In this document: positions 39,475-47,565 of the stretch, in pieces | Layout: each line of letters opens with the position of its first letter | Numbering within the stretch: the first letter of the stretch is position 1 | Assembly (NCBI GenBank): GCA_964498285.1 | Contig: CAZCGN010000001.1 | Span: 100,150 to 164,149 of the forward strand | Length of the DNA stretch: 64,000 nt | Source: an uncultured Methanosarcinales archaeon | Lineage (GTDB): Archaea > Nanobdellota > Nanobdellia > Woesearchaeales > GW2011-AR9 | Reading direction: 5' to 3' | Position numbers and translations under genes: made by a program | Notes under the pieces: model-generated | Seen by the model: the letters and a program-made list of their open reading frames with translations, nothing else | The model's database searches: none | What the model was told of the DNA's origin: nothing

Positions 39475-40934
39475 AACACGCAAGTTCACGGTGGATAAAA
39501 AGAAATAGATATCTAATTGGCATTCTGTTACTTGCAATTATTTTCAGATTGATTCTTCTTTCACGCAACTATGGTTTATGGTGGGATTCACATATCTACA
39601 TTGGTATGGGAAAATACCTTTCCTCAAACGGTGCAAGCGGTATATGGGAAGTCTTTCGTCCTCTTGGACTTCCCATTTTGCTAGGAAGCATATGGAAAGC
39701 CAATCTTCCTCTTCTTTTTATGGCAAAGCTGCTTGATCTTATCTTCTCAACCCTTGCAATCTATCTTGTATATGAAATTTCACACAAAGCATACAATAAA
39801 ACAGTTGCACTCTATGCAACTTTCATTTTTGCAACCATACCTTTGTTCATGCTCTATACTGGGCTTATTTTAACTGAACCCCTAACACTTGTGTTCGCCC
39901 TTCTTGCACTCAACTTATTCATAAAACGACGGGGTCTTAATCACCCTAACATTGTTCTTGCAACTTCTGGTATTTGTGCTTCTTTAGCTTTTCTTACAAA
40001 GTTTCCGGCAGGAGTACTTCTGCCTTCTTTTCTTATAGCTATCTTCTTGCGTAAAGGGCACCGTTGGCCCGATATTAAAACAAAAATACGTGACATTTTT
40101 GTTTTCACAATAAGTTTTATCATTCCAACTATTCCTTTTTTCATATTTAACCATAGAACATACGAACATGCATTCATTCCGCTTACAACTGGTTCTGGAA
40201 TCATTAACACATTTACCTGGCTGTATAACTCAAGTGCATTGTTCTATTTTACAGAATTCTTTTTACATAATTTTGTGTTCCTTTTAGTGCCAATTGCATT
40301 AATTTGCTTTCTCTATTACAAAGAGTGGAGAACAGAAACAAAAAGCGTGATTTACATAACAGCAATCCTTCTTTTTCTCTACTTTTGGCAAAGTGTTGCA
40401 CGAAAAGAAGTGAGGTACATGACCCTAACACTACCATTTTTTTCTATTATAGCAGCAAGCATGCTATCTTATGCATACTATAGTATAAAGAAGCAATCTC
40501 ATTGGGGTATACGGATTGGATCTTTTGTTGTCATAAGTATTCTTTTCATAGCAGCATCGCATCTTACAAGCTTTGAACAATTGCCGGCAACCCCTCAAGA
40601 TGGCATCATGCAAGATATTGTAGAATTGTATGATGAAAATGAATTTAATGGACCAATTTTTATTTCACATCCGTTCCTTTTAGCATATCTTGACAACACC
40701 GTGCTTCCTACAACGAGCGATAGTACAACCGCCAAAAAAGAATATGAAAGATTGCATGGAAGGTTTGAGACCATTATCTTACGAAGTTGTGATTTCCATT
40801 GTCAAGAAAATGATACGGATTGTCAAGGGAAAAAAGACTCTTTTCTAACCCAAATACGGCAAGAGAACACGCTCCTTTTTTCGCGTGGCTATGATACAAA
40901 TCAGTGTCAAGTGACAGTTTTCACTGCAAAATGA
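39462..40934 (+). CDS. GT-C (ArnT/PMT-like) glycosyltransferase
   Basis: WWDSHIY, RPLG, LTEP, LAFLTK, KEVRY; many TMs. Confidence 0.78.
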   Translation: MPSMKHASSRWIKRNRYLIGILLLAIIFRLILLSRNYGLWWDSHIYIGMGKYLSSNGASGIWEVFRPLGLPILLGSIWKANLPLLFMAKLLDLIFSTLAIYLVYEISHKAYNKTVALYATFIFATIPLFMLYTGLILTEPLTLVFALLALNLFIKRRGLNHPNIVLATSGICASLAFLTKFPAGVLLPSFLIAIFLRKGHRWPDIKTKIRDIFVFTISFIIPTIPFFIFNHRTYEHAFIPLTTGSGIINTFTWLYNSSALFYFTEFFLHNFVFLLVPIALICFLYYKEWRTETKSVIYITAILLFLYFWQSVARKEVRYMTLTLPFFSIIAASMLSYAYYSIKKQSHWGIRIGSFVVISILFIAASHLTSFEQLPATPQDGIMQDIVELYDENEFNGPIFISHPFLLAYLDNTVLPTTSDSTTAKKEYERLHGRFETIILRSCDFHCQENDTDCQGKKDSFLTQIRQENTLLFSRGYDTNQCQVTVFTAK

Positions 40935-40985
40935 CACAAATGACCAAAAGATATATAAATAATATATTTTCTTCCTATGCTTCTT

Positions 40986-41627
40986 ATGACAAGTATCAAC
41001 CATAGTGTATGGAAATTTCTTGCTGAAGACATCAGTATTCAAAAAAATCTTGAACGAGGCCTTATTAACATTCGTGGCCTTGCACGATATTTGATTAAAG
41101 AGTTCGGCCTTCCTGCATCCATGGATGCGGTTATTAGTGCAATCCGCAGGTATGAAACAGAAGTTCTCTTTAGCAAAGAGAAAAAGCAGCTTGACTCATT
41201 ATTTACAGAAGCGAGGATCACAACAAAAGATAACGTTGCATGCATCACTCTTAAAGAATATGAGTTTGAAGCTATTGCAAACGACTTTGTAGGATCACAA
41301 ACTCTTAAGAAAAATTTTCGCCTTCTTAAAAGTAAAGAGAACGTGAAAATCTTTGTGAACCAGGACGATATTGAGGCTAAAAAAGCAGTATTCTCATCAA
41401 TGAATCTACTTAATGTAGCAACGGATCTTTCTGAGATTCGTATTTCAATGCCTGAAGAAGTTACTGAATGTGTTGGCGTTTTAGCACGTATCGGCCAAGA
41501 AATTGCGCTGCAAGAAGTTAATGTTGAAGATATTATCTCAGCACTTCCAGAATTCTTGTTATATGTAAAAAGCTCAGACATTATTAAAGCACATAAAGCG
41601 CTTGTGAATTTAACTGGTAAAGCCTAA
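40986..41627 (+). CDS. ACT-domain-containing regulator-like protein
   Basis: GLINIRGLARY...AVISAIRR N-terminus; C-terminal ACT-like GVLARI...VNVEDIIS. Confidence 0.65.
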   Translation: MTSINHSVWKFLAEDISIQKNLERGLINIRGLARYLIKEFGLPASMDAVISAIRRYETEVLFSKEKKQLDSLFTEARITTKDNVACITLKEYEFEAIANDFVGSQTLKKNFRLLKSKENVKIFVNQDDIEAKKAVFSSMNLLNVATDLSEIRISMPEEVTECVGVLARIGQEIALQEVNVEDIISALPEFLLYVKSSDIIKAHKALVNLTGKA

Positions 41628-41664
41628 CACAAAACATAAAAACTTCAACATTCTTCTTTTTTGT

Positions 41665-42114
41665 ATGCAACAGAAATTTGTTCATATGATCTTTCGAGAT
41701 CTTACAACGTTTGGTGGAGAAATCTTCTATTTACTCGTATTAGCTCTCACATTTGTATTGCATAAAATGTCTCTTTTCTGGGATTTATTGTTAGGGAACC
41801 TTCTTGCAATTGCAATTGTTGTACTGATTCGACTTTTCTATTTCAAACCAAGACCAAATAAACAGACTTTTTCTAATCTAATTGAAAAAATCGATGCCTC
41901 GTCTTTTCCTAGTTTGCATACTGCAAGAATTTGGTTTCTCGCCCTTTCTTTTATGAGTTTCTGGGGATTTAGCGCGCGTGTTGTGATTTTACTAAGTGTA
42001 CTTGCACTTGTTACAACATACTCAAGAATTTATTTGAAGAAACACGATTGGTTCGATGTAAGTTTTGGTGTTGTTTTGGCAGTAGCATTGTATTTTGTTG
42101 TGCCAATGCTTTAA
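41665..42114 (+). CDS. PAP2-family membrane phosphatase
   Basis: RP, SFPSLH, SRIYLKKH motifs. Confidence 0.85.
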   Translation: MQQKFVHMIFRDLTTFGGEIFYLLVLALTFVLHKMSLFWDLLLGNLLAIAIVVLIRLFYFKPRPNKQTFSNLIEKIDASSFPSLHTARIWFLALSFMSFWGFSARVVILLSVLALVTTYSRIYLKKHDWFDVSFGVVLAVALYFVVPML

Positions 42115-42572
42115 CGTTTTCTCACCTTAATGAAATCGCCGAGAGTAAAACCTGCAGAAGACTTCTTAGATGGCATCGGAGCTTCTCTCTCACCCTTATC
42201 TTTTTGTTCACCTGCCTTTTGTAAAAGTGTAATGTGTAAAATTCTTTCTAACTTCTTTGCAGCAGTAATATTTGGCTTCATTATGCCAGCTTCCCATTTT
42301 TGTACAACACTTAGTTTTTCACAGCACAAATCTGCAAACTCTTTTTGAGTCATATTACGAGAATTTCTAGATTTTTGTAACAACTGAGCTGCTGAGGACA
42401 CCACACGTAAATCATCTCCTGGGCGTGGTGCAAAACTTCGCTTAGCACGAAACTTCGGCTTTACAAGAACTTGACCATATTTAGAACAATTGGTGCAAAG
42501 TTGCATGGTAGCTCCTTCAACTTTGGCTTCAACCAATGGCCCACTTTTCCCACACATCTCACATACTACCAT
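42111..42572 (-). CDS. mbf1: Archaeal multiprotein bridging factor 1
   Basis: CEMCG...CTNC Zn ribbon, HTH, C-terminal TLGDFI. Confidence 0.9.
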   Translation of the reverse strand: MVVCEMCGKSGPLVEAKVEGATMQLCTNCSKYGQVLVKPKFRAKRSFAPRPGDDLRVVSSAAQLLQKSRNSRNMTQKEFADLCCEKLSVVQKWEAGIMKPNITAAKKLERILHITLLQKAGEQKDKGEREAPMPSKKSSAGFTLGDFIKVRKR

Positions 42573-42708
42573 AAACCAGAATAAGCCAGAAATATGTTAT
42601 AAACATTTTGATTCTAAGTCAACTATTTTATTTGAATAATTTGTCCAACATCTTTAAATATCCCCTTATAAAAATCCATCCAGTGAGAAATGAAGAGGAT
42701 CCTGGACC

Positions 42709-42961
42709 AATGGCATTAGCAGTTCTGGCATCAGCCAGCTTGGTTTTTGTAGCTTGGGCGTACTATCATTTTAGGGCTCAAGAGAATGAAGTTGAACCAG
42801 AACAGCCAATACAGAGTGGAGCTCTTCTGCCAGCCGAACTTGAGACAAGATGCTTCGAATATGTGCCTTTTCAACCCCTCTTCTTTGACAGGACCAGTAT
42901 TTTAGATGCTCAAGAAAGGCCCCATATAGCAAGTGTAGACCTTTCTTCATATCTTTCTTAA
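42709..42961 (+). CDS. Hypothetical small membrane protein
   Basis: TM segment ALAVLASASLVFVAWAYY; start uncertain. Confidence 0.4.
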
Positions 42962-42999
42962 CCACAATGTATAAAAACCCCTCATTTCTTCTAAAGAGC

Positions 43000-43614
43000 A
43001 TGAAACTGATACTTTTAGGTCCTCCTGGATCTGGGAAAGGAACCGTTACTGAAGCTCTTTTGGAAAAATACCCACAACTTAAGCATATCTCAGCCGGAGT
43101 TCTCCTCAGACGAGAGATCAAAAATGGAACTGAAATTGGAAAAGAAGTTAGGGCAATTGTTGAAAAAGGAGATTTAGTGCCTGCAGCAATCATTGCAAAG
43201 CTCATGTGTGGTGAAATTGGTGAGGCTGAAGGGTTTATTTTTGATGGGTTTCCACGAAGTTTAGATCAGATCCAATACATCGAACATATCGCGTTTGATA
43301 GGCTTCTCTCTTTAGAAGTGCCTGAAGAAATTGTTGTTGAAAGGTTATCTGCTCGCAGAATGGATCCTGAAACTGGAAAAATCTATAATCTTAAATTTAA
43401 GCCAGCGCCACCAGAAATCCAAGATCGATTAGTACAGCGAGATGACGATAAACCAGAAGCAATTAAAGAGCGATATCGAGTGTTTGTAGAAAACACACAA
43501 CCGGTGATTGACTTTTTTACACAAAAAAGTCTTGTAACTGCAATTGATGCTACAAAACCAATCAAAGAAGTGCAACAAGTAGCACTGGACGCTGTAAAGA
43601 ATATTTCTAACTAA
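43000..43614 (+). CDS. adk: Adenylate kinase (bacterial-type)
   Basis: GPPGSGKGT, HISAG, DGFPR, QRDDD. Confidence 0.92.
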   Translation: MKLILLGPPGSGKGTVTEALLEKYPQLKHISAGVLLRREIKNGTEIGKEVRAIVEKGDLVPAAIIAKLMCGEIGEAEGFIFDGFPRSLDQIQYIEHIAFDRLLSLEVPEEIVVERLSARRMDPETGKIYNLKFKPAPPEIQDRLVQRDDDKPEAIKERYRVFVENTQPVIDFFTQKSLVTAIDATKPIKEVQQVALDAVKNISN

Positions 43615-44623
43615 GTAACTGTTTTACAACCATTGTTGCATAATTCCCTTTTGTAAGTGTAAATGTAAGTATCAGTTTCTTTTTCTCTTCATTTAATTCA
43701 TCATCTTCCAAATTAGAAACTGTCAGGTCTTTAATTTCCTGAACTACCTTTCTTTGAGCACCTTCACAACTTAAACCAGGAATCTGTTTAATGATAAAAT
43801 CTTCTTGTTCAAGATCTTCTTCATCCAAAAGTGTCTCAACAATTTCCCTTACTCTAACATCAACTTTCTTTAAATCAGTAAAAAATCCTACAAGAGGAAT
43901 TTCTAGATTTAAATATTGAGACAAATCTGATACAAATACAAATTCACCTGCTGAGTATGATACTCGAGAAACTTCTTTTTCCTTAGACTCAAAATATCGT
44001 GCAACTGTTTCATTCCACAAATAACTTTGATACGCATGAACAAAGAGTAGCAATAATTTTTTAGGAAGTGTTCGCAAAGCGCCAACAAAATCAGTTGAGA
44101 CTTCTTGTAAATGATCTATAACACTTCCACTATCAATCAATTTTGCTGCCTTTTTGAAATCTTTTTTGACAATTGCTCTTCCAATTGCAACATTATTTCT
44201 AGAGAAGCGCTGCTCATCAAAGTAGTTGACAAAATGTGCTTTTTTTGCAACTCTCTTATTTGTAAAATTTCGAACAGTTATCTCGAATTTATTCCCAACT
44301 AAATCTCCCAGGCTTAATGGCTCATTGCCATATCCTAAAACTGTAATTTTTATCCTGTCAAAAGCAATAGAGTCTAATCGTTCTTTTTTTACTCCATAGA
44401 CAGAACATACTTGTTCAGTTACAGCATGCCTGTCTTTTGTTCCAGCATAGCCAAAATTCTTTAAAGGGACATGAAGTGCAAAGGAAATTTTCTTGATAGC
44501 ATCTAACGTGTTCCAATTAGTTTTTGTAAGCCTAAAATAGAGATATTTGCCCTCTTCTTTAAAAGTAATAGTGGAGATCTCTCGTACAATGAAATCTTCT
44601 GGAATTTGTTTAAGTATGTACAT
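43607..44623 (-). CDS. truD: tRNA pseudouridine-13 synthase
   Basis: PEDFIVRE, AGTKDRHAVTEQ, NYFDEQRF, AYQSYLWN, GNYAT. Confidence 0.93.
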   Translation of the reverse strand: MYILKQIPEDFIVREISTITFKEEGKYLYFRLTKTNWNTLDAIKKISFALHVPLKNFGYAGTKDRHAVTEQVCSVYGVKKERLDSIAFDRIKITVLGYGNEPLSLGDLVGNKFEITVRNFTNKRVAKKAHFVNYFDEQRFSRNNVAIGRAIVKKDFKKAAKLIDSGSVIDHLQEVSTDFVGALRTLPKKLLLLFVHAYQSYLWNETVARYFESKEKEVSRVSYSAGEFVFVSDLSQYLNLEIPLVGFFTDLKKVDVRVREIVETLLDEEDLEQEDFIIKQIPGLSCEGAQRKVVQEIKDLTVSNLEDDELNEEKKKLILTFTLTKGNYATMVVKQLLS

Positions 44624-44704
44624 ACCCTCTTAGATTTAGGATGGTTATAAAAACATTTTCCACACTCGTTAAGCTTTTATATAAGAACTGGGTTACAAGA
44701 GAGC

Positions 44705-45613
44705 ATGACATTTGATTATGCACTTATTACAAAGTATGTTGAGGGCAAAGCCAAAAACAAGTTTGAAGCGCTGTACGAGCATTTAGGTGAATTTTTGGAG
44801 CAGACTGCTGCTATTCTCTCAGATGTGGATCGAAGAGTCAAGCTTGTAAGGATAATTCCGTGGGAAAAAATGAAACGTGATATACTGGCTAAATCTGTTC
44901 GAGGAAATCTTAGCGGTGCAAGAGCTGGCCTGACCGCATATAACAGAATGTTTGGACGTGTCGATTTGTATTTAGGCCTTATGTCTTCAGAATTTAATCT
45001 TCCACGCTTTCTTAAAACTAATGGGGTTCCTGCAACTGAACTCCCTTTATTTAAAAAACTCTTACGCCAAGATTGGAGATTTACATATGGAACCCACATT
45101 GAGCGATTTAGGGCAATACATCCACTTCTTGATAGGCTAAGAAAATCGCTAGAAGCTCAAGTGAGATATTTAGAAAAAATGGAACATGACACACTCTTTG
45201 ATGCTCTTGATGACAAAGAAGCCCTTGGTCCATTATTCGAAGAAGAAAAGAAGGCATTTTGGGAACTCTACAAAACTTGTCAGATAACTGTAGAAGAGGT
45301 TTCTAAACCGCAAGCAGCGCTCCAAGCAGAAACAAAAAGAATGAGAGAAGCTCTAGCAGCATACAAAAGATCACTCGAATCTGGTCTAGAAAAAGATAGG
45401 AAAATGGCAAAACGAAGAGTCGAAGAAGCATTTATTCTTCTCACATACTTTACTGGAATTGTTGGGCTTGTAAGTGGTGTTCCAATCAATTTACTTAAAG
45501 GCGCGAAAGGAAGAATTTTTGGTTTTCTTTCAAATAAGATTCTTCGCGGGAAAAAACTCTCTGCAGAGGGCATAGCACTTCAAAGACAAGCGTTTGGGTT
45601 TCTTGGAGGATAA
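44705..45613 (+). CDS. Hypothetical helical protein with C-terminal hydrophobic segment
   Basis: 302-aa ORF; TTTTATATA box about 25 nt upstream. Confidence 0.6.
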   Translation: MTFDYALITKYVEGKAKNKFEALYEHLGEFLEQTAAILSDVDRRVKLVRIIPWEKMKRDILAKSVRGNLSGARAGLTAYNRMFGRVDLYLGLMSSEFNLPRFLKTNGVPATELPLFKKLLRQDWRFTYGTHIERFRAIHPLLDRLRKSLEAQVRYLEKMEHDTLFDALDDKEALGPLFEEEKKAFWELYKTCQITVEEVSKPQAALQAETKRMREALAAYKRSLESGLEKDRKMAKRRVEEAFILLTYFTGIVGLVSGVPINLLKGAKGRIFGFLSNKILRGKKLSAEGIALQRQAFGFLGG

Positions 45614-45618
45614 AACTT

Positions 45619-45849
45619 CTACTCAACCTTCTCAAACCGTTTCATAACTTTACCATCTCTTTCGACCGTTTCTAAGAACATAGCAAGAGGTCGTACCCAC
45701 ATAGACCCTTTGGGTTTCTCTTGAAATTCTTCGAGTTTTTTGTAGACAACCAATCTCTCAAGTGTTTCAGAATGCTGCGCAACTCCAATGACCTCAACAA
45801 GTGCGCCCTTAAAGTGTTTATACACCCCTAATGCAACTTCTTCCATCAT
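45619..45849 (-). CDS. DUF1653-family protein
   Basis: YKHFKG, HSETLE..VVY, WVRPLAMF, RF. Confidence 0.85.
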   Translation of the reverse strand: MMEEVALGVYKHFKGALVEVIGVAQHSETLERLVVYKKLEEFQEKPKGSMWVRPLAMFLETVERDGKVMKRFEKVE

Positions 45850-47150
45850 GGCTTGTAGCGTTCCATAGTTCGCGGAAACGGGATTGTATCTTTAATATTC
45901 TCTAAATCACAAATCCATCTGATTACTCTTTCAACACCAAGGCCAAATCCACCGTGCGGAACAGAACCATAGCGTCTTGTATCCAAATAGAATTCGTATT
46001 CCAAAGGATCTTCACCATCTTCAACTAAGCGTGCCTTTACCTTTTCAATATCATGCTCTCTGTGAGATCCGCCAATAATCTCGCCATATCCTTCGGATGC
46101 TAAAAAATCACAGCCTTGCACCACTTTTGAATCATCAGGATCTTCAGTCATATAAAATGCTTTTACCTTCTTAGGGTAGTGCGTACAAATCACTGGAACA
46201 TCATAGAGTTTTGTTAATTTCTCCTCTTCAATAGTTCGAAGATCCTTGCCCCAAGGCACATTCATTTTACATTTCTCTTTAAGAATTTTAAGGGCTTCTG
46301 TGTACGTCATACGAACAAACGGCTTTGTAACAACTGGTTTTAGTTTTGAGATATCTCTCCCCAGAGCTTTAAGTTCTGTAGCATTCGTATCTAGCACCGT
46401 TTTTACAATATGTTTTATGAGCGCTTCACCATGCGCGATAATTTGATCAAAATTAGCCCATGCCATTTCCATTTCAGCATGCCAGTACTCAGTTAAATGA
46501 CGCGAGGTTTTAGATTTCTCTGCACGAAAGGAGGGTGCGATTGTATAAATATTTTCAAGCCCAAAAATGGCTGGTTCTGCATAGAGTTGCCAGGTTTGTG
46601 CTAAAAATACTCCTTTTTTACCAAAATAATCAACATTAAAGAGGTCAGATCCACCTTCACATTGTACCGCTTGAAAAATCGGGGAATGATATTCATAAAA
46701 ACCCTGTCCTTTGAAATATTCATCAATTGCACCAAAGACTGTTGATCTAATCTTTAAGATGTTAATCATTTTTTGGCTACGAAGATGCAAGTGTCTGTTA
46801 TCTGCCAAATGTTCAATGGATGTATCTTTTGTTATAGGAAATTTATCAGATGTTCCAACTATCTCAAATGAGGCTACCTGCAACTCGTACCCTGTTGGCG
46901 CTCGTTTATCTTCTTTTATTTCACCAGTTAGCATTAGGGAAGTTTCAACTTGTATATGGTCAATTGCGTCCCACTCCTTCTCAAAAGAATCACGTTTAAA
47001 GATACATTGAAGAAGGCCCGTTGAATCTCTAAGAACAATGAATTTGAGTTTGTTTGAGCCACGTTCTCTGTGCACCCATCCTCGAATGCAAACAGCACCC
47101 TTGCCCACATCCATTGCAGACTGTATTGAGATATACGTTGGTTTTGCCAT
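45846..47150 (-). CDS. asnS: Asparaginyl-tRNA synthetase
   Basis: OB-fold, FRAEKS..SRHLTE motif 2, GEIIGGS.RE, RRYGSVPHGGFGLGVER motif 3. Confidence 0.85.
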   Translation of the reverse strand: MAKPTYISIQSAMDVGKGAVCIRGWVHRERGSNKLKFIVLRDSTGLLQCIFKRDSFEKEWDAIDHIQVETSLMLTGEIKEDKRAPTGYELQVASFEIVGTSDKFPITKDTSIEHLADNRHLHLRSQKMINILKIRSTVFGAIDEYFKGQGFYEYHSPIFQAVQCEGGSDLFNVDYFGKKGVFLAQTWQLYAEPAIFGLENIYTIAPSFRAEKSKTSRHLTEYWHAEMEMAWANFDQIIAHGEALIKHIVKTVLDTNATELKALGRDISKLKPVVTKPFVRMTYTEALKILKEKCKMNVPWGKDLRTIEEEKLTKLYDVPVICTHYPKKVKAFYMTEDPDDSKVVQGCDFLASEGYGEIIGGSHREHDIEKVKARLVEDGEDPLEYEFYLDTRRYGSVPHGGFGLGVERVIRWICDLENIKDTIPFPRTMERYKP

Positions 47151-47250
47151 AAATTTTTACTAGCAATCAGCCCTATAAAAAGCTTTCTTGTGTATAGCTA
47201 TATCTTCTGAGCAAAGTATATAAAAAGGATTTGACTTTTTTAAGGGGTAT

Positions 47251-47424
47251 GGGCCCGTAGCTTAGCCTGGATACCGGAACTCCTCTGCTGGATTTAGCGG
47301 TAAGGCAAATAGAGCAGTTCCCTCCTACTTCAATGCCAAGGCACAATAGGCCTTGCTTGAGGCAAGTAAGGAAAAGATCGGGGGTTCGAAACGTCTATTT
47401 GACACGAAAGTCCTCCCGGGCCCG
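47251..47424 (+). tRNA. tRNA-Arg(CCU) with three introns: 47271-47308 (19/20), 47328-47368 (37/38), 47391-47410 (59/60)
   Basis: Removing the three inserts gives a 75-nt cloverleaf GGGCCCGTAGCTTAGCCTGGATAGAGCAGTTCCCTCCTAAGGAAAAGATCGGGGGTTCGAATCCTCCCGGGCCCG; introns 1 and 3 form BHB motifs. Confidence 0.88.
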
Positions 47425-47448
47425 CATTTAACTTCACGAGCACTCAAG

Positions 47449-47512
47449 ATCCAATGACGAACCCTATGAGTAGACCCAATATGGGATTATCGAAGTAGGC
47501 TGAGGATGAGTA
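47449..47512 (+). ncRNA. Box C/D methylation-guide sRNA bracketed by a BHB motif
   Basis: Box C ATGACGA (47454-47460), box D CTGA (47500-47503), closing stem TCC/GGA forming a K-turn; flanking BHB spans 47438-47518. Confidence 0.78.
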
Positions 47513-47565
47513 TTGCTCTTAGCATTCCACAACATTTATAGAATTCTTCAACTTTCCACTTGCTA

